Shown piece by piece: positions 11,826 through 22,448 of a stretch of 64,000 nucleotides of DNA; position 1 is the stretch's first letter; each line of letters begins with the position of its first letter. The position numbers and the translations under genes are program-made. Origin of the DNA: Torpedo marmorata (lineage: Eukaryota); assembly GCA_977017645.1 (NCBI GenBank), contig OZ360224.1, positions 44,702,001 through 44,766,000 of the forward strand, given 5' to 3'. Below the pieces are notes generated by a model that saw only the letters and a program-made list of their open reading frames with translations, had not been told where the DNA came from and ran no database searches.

Positions 11826-14017
11826 AGTGAAACACGATAGGCTGCAGATGCTGTGATGGTTGTAAACACACTGGAGGAACTCAGCTGGTCTTTTCAGCAT
11901 CTATAGGAGACAAAGATATATTGCTGATGTTTCGGGCTTGAGCCCTTCTTCGTGGAAAAATCAGAAAAGGCAGAAGCAGGATATATCAGAAAGTCTCAGT
12001 ATTCAAACAATGGGGGAGGAATCCAGACCAACAAAAGGTGTTAATTGAATATGATAAGGGTCTACGTGAGAATTTACTATGTCTGTGTGAAAGGAGACAG
12101 GGAAAGGAGAGATGACAGGGGAAGAAGGGGGTGGGGTTTAACGAAAGCCAGAGAAGTCAATATTAATGCCATCCGGTTGGAGGGTGCCCAGTCGGAAGAT
12201 GAGGTGTTGTTCCTCCAATTTATGGGTGGTCTCAGTCTGGCAGTGCATGAGACCATGGTCAGACATGTCGGCAAGGGAATGGGATGGAGAATTGAAATGG
12301 GTGGCCACTGGGAGATCCACGTTATTGCGGCGGACAGAGCCGAGGTGCTCAAAAAAGCGATCTCGCAGTCTGCGTCCAGTCTCTCCGATGTACAGGAGAT
12401 CACAGCGAGAACACCGGATGCAGTACATGACCCCTGCAAATTCACAAGTGAAATGTTGCTTCACTTGGAAGGACTATTTGGGGCCCCGAATGGTGTTGAG
12501 GGAGGAGGTGTGGGTGCAAGTGGAGCATCTCCTGCAGTCACAGGGGTAGGTCACAAGGGAACGATTGGTGGGGTGGGAGGAGTGGACAAGGGAGTCATGG
12601 AGAGAGCGGTCCCTGCGGAAGGCGGAGAGGGGAGGAGAGGGGAATATGTTTCTAGTGGTGGGATCACGTAATAGGTGGCGGAAATGGCGGAGGAGGATGT
12701 GTTGGATGCGGAGGCTGGTGGGATGGTAGGTGAGGACATGGGGAATCCTGTCCTTGTTGCGTGTGGGGGCGGAGGGGGCCAGGGCAGATGTGCGGGTAAT
12801 GGAGGATATGTGGGTGAGTGCCGAGTTGATGGTGGTAGAGGTAAAGCCGCGTTGTTTGAAGAAGGAGGACATCTCTGCTGATCTAGCATGGAAGTGCTCA
12901 TCCTGGGTGCAGATGCGACGGAGACCGAGGAATTGAGAGAATGGAATGGAATCCTGACAGGGGACAGGGTGGGAAGAGGTGTAGTCGAGGTAGCTGTGGG
13001 AGTTGGTGGGTTTATAGAAGATGTCTGTCGAGAGTTTGTCTCCTGAGATGGAGGCAGAGAGATTGAGGAAAGCGAGAGTGTTGCTAGAGATGGACCAAGT
13101 TGCATTTGAGGTCGGGGTGGAAGTTGGCAGCAAAGTGGATGAAGTCAACGAGCTCATCATGGGTACATGAGGCAGCACCAAAATAGTCACCGATGTAGCG
13201 GAGGAAGAGTTGAGGGGCCTTGCCTGTGAAGGCTTGTAGCATGGATTGCTCCACGTAGCCAACAAAAAGGTAGGCATAGCTGGGGCCCATGCGGGTACCC
13301 ATTGCTACCCCTTTAACCTGGAGAACGTGGGATGAGCCAAAGGAGAAATTATTGAGGGTGAGGACAAATTCTGCCAGCCGGAGGAGTGTGGTGGTGGAGG
13401 GGGACTGGTTATTCTATTGTCCAGAAAGAAATGAAGGGCTTTGAGGCCTTCAGTATGGGGAATGGAGGTGTATAGGGATTGGATATCCATGGTAAATATG
13501 GGGCAATCGAGTTCAGGGAACTTGAAGTTGTTGAAGTGATGGAGGGCGTGTTAAGTGTCCTGGATGTAGGTGGGGAGGGACTGGACCAGGGGGGACAAAA
13601 CAGTGTCAAGGTAAGCGGAGACCAATTTGGTGGGGCAGGAGCACGCGGACACAATGGGTCTGCCGGGACAATTGGGTTTGTGAATCTTGGGTAGGAGGTA
13701 GAAACGGGCGGTACGGGGTTGGGAAACAATAAGGTTGGAGGCCCTGCCAGGGAGGTGACCGGAAGTGATGAGTTCAGAGAAGGTGCGTGATACAGTGGTT
13801 TGATGAGTTTTGGTGGGGTCCTGTTGGATGAGTAAGTAGGAGGAGGTGTCTGAGAGTTGTCGTCTGGCTTCGGCCAGATAGAGGTCAGTGCGCCAGACCA
13901 CAACAGCGCCACCCTTGTCTGCAGGTTTGATGGTGAGGTTTGGATTGGTGCGAAGAGAGTGGAGGGCCAGGCGTTCCGAGGGGTGAGATTGGAATGAGTG
14001 AGGGGAGTAGTGAAGTC
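11826..14017 (-). mobile_element. Penelope-like retroelement (RT + GIY-YIG endonuclease), 5'-truncated and frameshifted
   Basis: ARFYLLPKIHKPNCPGRPIVS, MDIQSLYTSIPH, MGTRMGPSYAYLF..LRYIGDYFG (YIDD motif mutated), TDIFYKPTNSHSYLDYTSSHP, and GIY-YIG VMYCIRCSRCDLLYIGETGRRL; terminal repeat with a hammerhead-like motif at about 11924-11955. Confidence 0.92.
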
Positions 14018-15499
14018 CTAAAACCTAAAACCTTCCTTCCTAAAACCAATAGTCACCAGAGCCTCTTAAACTAAATAAACTGACCAGAACCACTGGCTCT
14101 CCCAATATCTTTTTATTAAATACCTTTGTGATGTTCTCCTGGTCCATAAAGAACTGTGACGCTGCAATCAACCAGCATTTCTCTTGGGCTGGTTATTTTT
14201 TTTCTTCAAAATGGCACACAACACCATTTCATGTTTCGCACTGTCTGAGAGAAACTGAGAAATATTTCAGAAGAGTGTGAAGCAACTGCACTGTGATGGT
14301 GGTACCTCGTATATAAGTGCAACAATGCATCACTATCAGTTTACTGAGGTTTTTAAAAAAATGTATTTGAATCTTAGAGATGAAGTCCATGTCTAGATAC
14401 AGTATAATATTCGCCCACATATTCAAGCACATTTCTTTGCCGATGTGACGATATGAGTTATGTTTTGCAGCAGATACTAAATTCATCTGGCACATAGCAA
14501 TGCATTCTTAAGTGTTAAGTTGGCTGGCATGGTAAAAATTGCCTGTGAAAACCCTTCACAACATAAACAGCTGAAATCATAAGAAAAGAAACAACATATT
14601 TCATAAACCCATAAATCAAGCAGAATATATTACCAATGAATCCATAATCATTTCACTTTTATGTCCTCATCAAAGTGCTGTCAAAAGATTTATCATCCAC
14701 TCTGACCTATGTGTCTGTAACCCCCCCCCCTCCCTGCTCTACGCCAATGAAGCCTAAAATAAGCTCAGTTTAACATTCCATCTATTGTTCGAGCACATTG
14801 CATCATTTGAGACTCACGATCAAATTCAAGAACTTGCTTTTACAATTTGCATCAGAACTGATTACTTCCACTCTAAGGTAAGCCATAGAAACATAGAAAA
14901 TTAGAGCTGTGGTGGGTTATTTGTCTATTTGAGCCTTGCTAATCTTCAATAAGATCAAATTCATGTCAAACACTGAAAATTAATTTCTCACAGTGACCTG
15001 GTCAATCAAAGAATACTTGATAATAAAGTCCATAGTTGACATGATATCAGTACAGTTAATATAATTAGACATACTTAATTGCTAATAAGTATTTTTATGA
15101 ATAAAATGCCTGTTTTATTCATAAAGCCTCTGTTTTATTAATAAAATCTCTGGTTGGGTAGTTTTGGAACAAGCACAGATTTGGAAAGATGCATTAGTAA
15201 CATTTCCCTCTGGTGGTTCTTATATTCTTAGTTCTTTGTGTTAACTCCTTCTTTTCAGTTCAATAGTATAGTATTATGACTACCTTCTTAAAATAACTAT
15301 AACTAATCTGATGGGAAAATCAAAGATCTAGATGTCAGTTGCAGGTGAGGGATTCAAATATAATGATTCTTTCTTAGATCGAGGAACTGCTGGCTGCAAA
15401 TGGGTGAATGAAGCAAAATTTCATCAATTAGCATTTTCAGGAAAACAACCTCCATGTGTACAATCATCAGCACATTAATATAAAAATGTGATCGACACT

Positions 15500-17000
15500 G
15501 TTATCAGGTTAATCCTCAATATGCTGATTGGCAATGCCTGGATTGAGTTTCATCAAGATCACTTGGCTATAGAACTTATTACATCCTTGGTCCAAAAATA
15601 GAGGTGAGAAAGGATATACTGGCCTCAGAGGCAGAACGGAGGAGGCTCACAAGGTTGATTCCAGAGATGAGGCGATTAGCCTATGAGAAGAGAAAATGCT
15701 TCTTGGGACTGTGCTCACTAGAGTTTTGAAGAATGAGATGGGATCTTCTGGAAACATTTAAAACTAAGAATGGGTAAGACAGAAGCAAGAAAGATGCATC
15801 CACTAGCATGTGAAACTAGAACAAGGGGGCATAGTCTCAAGATTCAGGGAGGTAGATTTACGGCAGAGATTATGAGGAACTGCTTCTACCAGCGCATAGT
15901 GCATCTGTGGAAATCTTTTACCTAAGGAATCAGCAGAGGCTGTCCCATTAAGAATATTTGAGAAACAGATAAGGAAAATTTTGAATAGAGGATGTAGGGC
16001 TATGGCAAATATGCAAGTATGTGGGGCTGAGTCCACAGACAGATCAGCCATGAGCTTGTTCAATGGTGGACCAGGCTCAACAGGCCTACTCCTGCTCCTA
16101 TGTCTTACTGAGGTAGGAGAGACTGACTGTCCTTGACATTAAGATTTCATTTCACCAGGAGTGGCATCAAGGAGCCCTGGTAAAATTCCAGTCACAGACA
16201 TCAAGTGGAAAAAGTCAGTGGTTAGAGTCATACCTCACACAAAGGAAGATTACTTTTTTTTTTCTGTGAGGTCAAAAATAAGGATGTTTGTTGATAAATG
16301 CACAATTTTAATTCCACTTGTAGATCTTCAGCAAATAAAACAGCTCATTGCTGCATGCAGCAAGACCTCAATAACAGTCAGCCAAGGGCTGATAATTAGC
16401 AAATGACATTTTTTTCCAAAATTAGTGGCAGACAATGACCAAATCCAACAAAAGAGATTCTAGCCAGCTATCCTTGTCCAATGTCAGAACGATCACAGAA
16501 GCTTCCCCATCAATATCCTTGGGATCATCATTGACCAAAATATATACTTGGCTGCAAGAGCAGGTCAGAGATTGGGCTTCTGGGGGGAATTACTCATCAC
16601 TAGATACTTAAAAGCTTTCCCACTAATTTCAAGGCACCAGAACATGATGGAATGCCTGACTTGCCTGAATGAGCACCAATGCCTTTGAAGAAGCTCCAAG
16701 AAAAAGCTTGATCCAAGACAAAGCTTGACCCATTTCAATGCATCGTTCATTCATTGCCCATACCACTAGCATTCCGTGGCTGTAATGTTTACCATCTACA
16801 ATATGCACAGCAGTTGCTTGTCTCAGCCACACCAGCAACACCAATGAAACCTCTGACCACTACCACCAAGAATAACACAGGCAGCTATTGCACAGACACA
16901 CCAGTGCCTGCAGGTAACCTGTCAATTTGTGCACCATTCTAATTTATAAATATATTGCCCTTCAATTGTCATTGCTGGATCTAAAGCCTGGAATGCCTTA
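15500..17000 (+). mobile_element. Old CR1/L2-group LINE remnant, interrupted by a CR1 3' fragment
   Basis: Degenerate RT motifs translated by eye: LITSLVQK (about 15576), VLDIKISFHQEWHQGALVK (about 16130) and LESYLTQRK (about 16222). Boundaries are approximate. Confidence 0.5.
15612..16108 (+). mobile_element. CR1 LINE 3' fragment
   Basis: Degenerate RRLTRLIPEMRRLAYE-like coding, ACTAGAACAAGGGGGCATAGTCTCAAG, and the CR1-type terminus GGCCTACTCCTGCTCCTATGTCTTA. Confidence 0.75.
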
Positions 17001-17001
17001 T

Positions 17002-18526
17002 CCAAGTCAAGTCAAGTCAAGTCAAGTCAAGTTTATTATCATCTGATTGTACAAGTACAACCCAACGAAACAGCTTTTTTTCTGTCCTCGGTGAAAAACA
17101 TGCAGAAACACTAACCAGACATAACACACTTACAGACAAACAATATATATGCAGGACAAATATTTCATCAATACAAATAAATAAATAAATATTGTTTTGT
17201 ACATATGAGAGTTATGAGAGTCTCGGATGGTTAGTGTGAGCAGTTCCTTTGGTTGTTCAGCATTCTCACTGCCTGTGGGAAGAAGCTGTTCTTCAGCCTG
17301 GTGGTGCTGGCTCTGATACTCCTGTATCTCTTCCCCGGCGGGAGCAGCTGAAAGATGCTGTGTGCAGGATGGAAGGGCTCCTCAATGATTTTGTGCGCCC
17401 TCTTCAGACAATGATCCTGGTAGATCACGTCGATGGGGGTGAAGGAGACTTCCGTGATCTTCTCTGCCACTCTTATGGCCCTGTGGATTGACCTTTGATC
17501 CATTTCTCTGCAGCAACCGTACCACACTCTGATGCAGCCGGCCAGGACGCTCTTGATAGAGCACCTGCAGAAGGTTGACATAATGGTGGCCGGTAGCCTT
17601 GTCTGCTTCAGTCTTCTCAGGAAGTGCAGTCACCGTTGCGTCTTCCTGACAAGTGAGGAGACGTTGAGTGTCCACGATAGGTCACTAGTTAAGTGAACTC
17701 CAAGGAACTTGGTACTCTCCACTCTCTCAACTACAGAGTTGTTGATGTGTAGTGGAGGGTGGGCATTCCTGGTCCTCCTGAAGTCTACGATCATCTCCTT
17801 CGTCTTGTCCACGTTGAGACTCAGGTTGTTAATCTCGCACCATTTCACAAGATTTTCCAACTCTTCTCTGTAGTGCGACTCATCGTTGTTGCTGATGAGG
17901 CCAACTACTGTTGTGTAATCTGCAAAGCTGATGACACTGTTGGAGCTGTATCTGGCGATGCAGTCATGGGTCAGTAGCGTGAACAGGAGCAGGCTGTGCA
18001 CACAGCCCTGAGGTGCGCCAGTGCTCAGCGTGATGGTGCTTGACGTTCTGCTACCGACCCGGACAGACTGTGCTCTTTCCGTTAGGAAGACCAGGATCCA
18101 GTTTCAGAGGGGGGTGTTGAGTCCCAGCGAGGACAACTTCTCCACCAGCCTCTGGGGAATGATCGTATTAAACGCCGAACTGAATCGCGTATGAGGCGTC
18201 GTTCTCCAGGTGGGCCAGGACAGAGTGAAGCGACAAAGCTATAGCATCGTCTGTTGAATGGTTTCTTCTATAGGTAAATTGAAATGGGTCCCGCATCTCT
18301 GGGAGGTGTGCTTTGATGCGTTCCATCACTAGACGCTCGAAGCATTTCATAAAGGTGGAGGTCATTGACACAGGGCAGTAGTCACTGAGGCCTGTTATTG
18401 TCGCCCTCTTGGGAACCGTGGTGATGGTGGCTGACTTGAACCCTGCATGAACGATGAACTGCTGCAGTGAGTTGTTGAAGATGTCTGTGAAGACTGCTGC
18501 AGTGAGATGTTGAAAATGTCTGTGAA
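17002..18526 (-). mobile_element. 5'-truncated Rex1/Babar-clade LINE, same family as 4202-5520
   Basis: [45 protein letters not shown], (CAAGT)6 tail at 17003-17032; extensive similarity to the 4202-5520 copy. Confidence 0.9.
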
Positions 18527-18959
18527 TATCCAATAACATTGTGGGAGGAGTTCCATTAGAAGGACCACAGCAATATACTGTAAGGCTGAATTTCATCACC
18601 ATCTTATCAATGCTGAATAGAGATTGGCAATAAATGCTGGCCTTGTCGGTAACACCCAAATGCCAAAAATGATAAGTAGTTATTCTTACCATTACATCAG
18701 AAGTGGACATAGGTGTGACAGGTGACTTGGTAAAAAGAAGATTAAGCAATAGCTTCATTTGTAGTGGATCCTTCACATGGGCTACTATGAACATAATGAC
18801 TGAGGACTTAGCGAATGTTGAACTCAAAACGCCTACACCTCATATTTGTACTTGCATTGAAGTTGATTGATCAGTTTAATTCCATTATTAACAATCTAGT
18901 TGTTGCCAGACTGATGCTATAATACTGTAAATGGTATTATTCAATGGTACCAAAGGAAT

Positions 18960-19141
18960 TGCTCACACAAACCATCCGAGATTCTCATATTTTTGAAACA
19001 ATATTTATTTGTATATATGAATACTTATCCTGCATGTGTGTTACGTCTGGTTGTGTGTCTGTGTGTTATGCACCGATGACCAGAGAGCACTGTTTCATTG
19101 GGTTTTACTTGTGGAATCAGATGACAATAAACTTGACTTGA
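18960..19141 (+). mobile_element. Short 3' UTR fragment of a related Rex1/Babar LINE
   Basis: Begins GCTCACACAAACCATCCGAGA and ends CAGATGACAATAAACTTGACTTGA, matching the reverse complement of 17003-17240. Confidence 0.75.
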
Positions 19142-19171
19142 TCTTTTCTTAACCTGCATCAGTATATTAAG

Positions 19172-20251
19172 TGAAACATGATAGGCTGCAGACGCTGTGA
19201 TTGTAGTACAGTAAACACACTGAAATGCTGGAGGAACGCAGCCGGTCTTTTCAGGATTTATAGGAGACAAAGATATATTGACGACGTTTCGTGCCTGAGC
19301 CCTTCTTCAAGGAAAAATCAGAAAAGGCAGAAGCAGGATATATCAGAAAGTCTCAGAATTCAAACAATGGGGGAGGAATCCAGACCAACAAAAGGTATTA
19401 ATTGGATATGATAAGGGACTAGGTATCATGTCTGTGCGAAAGGAGACAGGGAAAGGAGAGATGACGGGGAAGAAGTGGGTGGGGGGGTGGGGTTTAACGA
19501 AAGCCAGAGAAGTCGATATTAATGCCATCCGGTTGGAGGGTGCCCAGTCGGAAGATGAGGTGTTGTTCCTCCAATTTACGGGTCGTCTCATTCTGGCAGT
19601 GCATGAGACCATGGACAGACATGTCGGCAAGGGAATGGGATGGAGAATTGAAATGGGTGGCCACTGGGAGATCCACGCTATTGGGGCGGACAGAGCTGAG
19701 GTGCTCAACAAAGTGATCTCCCAGTCTGCGTCCAGTCTCTCCGATGTAGAGGAGACCACAGGGGGAGCACCAGATGCAGTAGATGACCCCTGCAGATTCA
19801 CAAGTGATATGTTGATTCACTTGGAAGGACTGTTTGGGGCCCTGAATGGTGCTGAGGGAGGAGGTGTGTGCGCAAGTGGAGCATCTCCTGTGGTCACAGG
19901 GGTAGGTCCCAAGGGAGTCACGGAGGGAGCGGTCTCTGCAGAAGGCGGAGAGGGGAGGAGAGGGGAATATGTGTCTAGTGGTGGGATCACGTAGTAGGTG
20001 GCGGAAATGGCGGAGGAGGATGTGTTGGATGCAGAGGCTGGTGGGGTGGTAGGTGAGGACAAGAGGAATCCTGTCCTTGTTGCGTGTGGGGGCGGAGGGG
20101 CCAGGGCAGATGTGCGGGTAATGGAGGATATGCGGGTGAGTGCGGAGTTGATGGTGGAAGAGGGAAAGCCACATTGTTTGAAGAAGGAGGACATCTCTGA
20201 TGATCTGGCATGGAAGTCCTCATCCTGAGTGCAGATGCGATGAAGACGGAG
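19172..20251 (-). mobile_element. Penelope-like retroelement 3' part (GIY-YIG domain plus terminal repeat) with target-site duplication
   Basis: ORF 19494..20174 has GVIYCIWCSPCGLLYIGETGRRLGDHFVEH; flanked by the direct repeat ATCAGTATATTAAG (19158-19171 and 20252-20265); hammerhead-like motif at 19279-19312. Confidence 0.92.
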
Positions 20252-20720
20252 ATCAGTATATTAAGAATAGTAAAATATTTCTGATTGACCTCCCTTCATC
20301 TATTTACAGCTCAATTACAACAGCACTTTCTACATGGACGTTGGTGACATAGGCCTGAATGTCTATCGCTTCTCTTATTTTCTGCACAAAAAGCCTTGCT
20401 AAGGAGTAATCAATAATTTGTTATTTCTCACAGGAATACATTAGAAAGACTGGTGTATCTTCAGCCCCTCTGCTAAATCCAAACCCTCATTAATGACCCT
20501 CTTTGTGCACTGCCCTCCTGTCTCAAATGGAACCAGAATCTCTGCAATTCAGTTTCATGGCCCTTCATCAGAAAAGTAGCCTAATCCTACAACAAGTTGT
20601 TCTCCACCAATCCCATGTCATCTTCTTTAATGAGGCAACAGTGTCATTATTTAGGCAACTCCAAATCAACTACCCCAATTGCTTTTCAGGCTCTACTCCA
20701 CCTTCACAACTCCATATTAT

Positions 20721-20958
20721 GGGTGGCACTGTTAGCATAGCGGTTAGTGCAACGCTATTACAGCACCAGAAACACGGTTTGTCTGTAAGGAGTTTGTATG
20801 TTCTCCCCGTGACCTGCGTGGCTTTCCTCTGGGTGCTCCAGTTTCCTCCCACCCTCTAAAAACGTACAGGGTTTGCAGGTTAATCGGTATATTTGGGCAG
20901 CAGCAGCTCGTGGGCCAGAACGGCCTGTTACTGTGCAGTAGCTCTGAAAAAAATAAAA
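20721..20958 (+). mobile_element. V-SINE (tRNA-derived), B box deleted
   Basis: GGTGGCACTGTTAGCATAGCGGTTAGTGC head, V-domain-like GGAGTTTGTATGTTCTCCCCGTGACCTGCGTGG..CCAGTTTCCTCCCAC, CR1-like 3' end GGGCCAGAACGGCCTGTT and an A-rich tail. Confidence 0.8.
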
Positions 20959-21894
20959 TCACCAAAACCCAGTTGCCTCTCTTATCATGTAAATGTCACA
21001 TTTGTCCATCTCTTTTGGCTCTCAATTTTCTTATTCATTCCAATGTATAAATCTGCCTTAGTTTAAAATCCCTTCATTGACCTACTACCTCATCATCATA
21101 TTTCACACTCCCTGATCCATCAGATTGTATTCTCCTTCCTTTACCTTCAACTCTCATACTCTCTGGAATGTTTCCACAAACCACTCTGTTCCTTCAGCTT
21201 CTGTATACCTTCTTTTACACTTTCCTTAATATTGTGAGAAACTTTTCATTAAGTTGTTACATATTATTGAATTCCCCACCCCCTTATAATTCCGTGGAAC
21301 ATTTTACGATGTTAAAGATGCTGCATAAATGCAGTTATTGTGTATTTTTGGCTCTTTGGAAACTTCACAATTAAAGATTAACCATAAAGGTTTGATTTCC
21401 ACTGCCTACATTACAGTTAGACCAATGACGTGGGGCTGCAACATTTTATTGGCTTTGAAGTGGCCTCAAAGCAGGTCTATTGCTGCACTGGCGCAGGTTG
21501 TACATATGATTGATGTTGCGTATCATCCTCCAGCTTAATTCACTTTGTTGCAAAACAATTTAAAATTCTATCAGGCGGGAAAATGCGTATTTGTTTTGTC
21601 TATTATGCTAAAACCAATGAATTGGCTAAGTTTGTTAGAAGATTCCGAGCTGCATATTTTTAAAAAATGGGCCAGAAACATGAATCAAGGTTTCTTGTGT
21701 TTCTCCACAGATTCCACGCGATGGCACTATTGTGAATAAATGTGTATCAAATTCATGGTGGATCTGGGCCGCGGGAAACGCAAAATAATTGAAGTAAAAA
21801 TACAGAACACAATCCAACTAAATAAGGTTTCAAAACTCAAATGTCCGTGGATGTTGTTAGCCATACATCAAACTAGGAAAAAACTGGGAAGTCT

Positions 21895-22030
21895 TTAAAA
21901 AGAGTCCCGACCTGAAACGTTGCGAGACCTGCTGAGATCCTCCAGCAAATCTGTGACGTTGACTGTCCATTTTTGTCTGCGAATGCTGCTTGACCTAACC
22001 TGACCTGTCTTCAGCTTCTCATGGTTTACA
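21895..22030 (+). mobile_element. Rearranged Penelope terminal-repeat fragment
   Basis: GAGTCCCGACCTGAAACGTT, GACCTGCTGAGATCCTCCAGCA and ATGCTGCTTGACC resemble the reverse complement of the Penelope termini in this window. Confidence 0.5.
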
Positions 22031-22284
22031 CTGGCAAGTTTTTTTTGTAAAATTCTGTGCGATTGCACAAGGTGGCTAATTTGAATATTTAAATCTTCTT
22101 TAAAATGTCTTGAGGAGAAAGGAAGTTTAGCGTCTAGCTGCATTAGTAACATGTCATGAAAATAATGCGATTGTAAACAGTATTATTACGTTTAAGTATT
22201 TCATTTCTTATTAAAGCGGATGTTATCAATTCTCCAGGAACATTCTGGCCCAGCATTTTTGAGGTGTGATACTGATAAGGGCAT

Positions 22285-22448
22285 GAGTAAACACGAAGGT
22301 CTGCAGGCACTGTGATTGAAATAAAAACGCAATGCTGGAGACACTCAGCAGGTCAAACAGTGTACTTGATGTAGCAAAGATAAAGATACATAACCAACGT
22401 TTCGGGCTTGAGCCCTTCATGATGTGTTTCTCAAACATTGTGTTTTTG
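22285..22448 (-). mobile_element. 164-bp Penelope-terminus-derived mini-retroposon with hammerhead-like motif and TSD
   Basis: Flanked by CTGATAAGGGCAT (22272-22284) and CTGATAAGAGCAT (22449-22461); minus strand reads CATGAAGGGCTCAAGCCCGAAACGTTGG; short inverted copy of its own arm at 22426-22447. Confidence 0.8.

Noticed and set aside
12045-12671. 208-aa plus-strand ORF, and the similar ORFs 19428..19994 and 57247..57813
   Set aside because: Antisense shadows of the minus-strand Penelope ORF.
20721-20770. tRNA gene
   Set aside because: tRNA-like head of a V-SINE with no B box and no complete cloverleaf.
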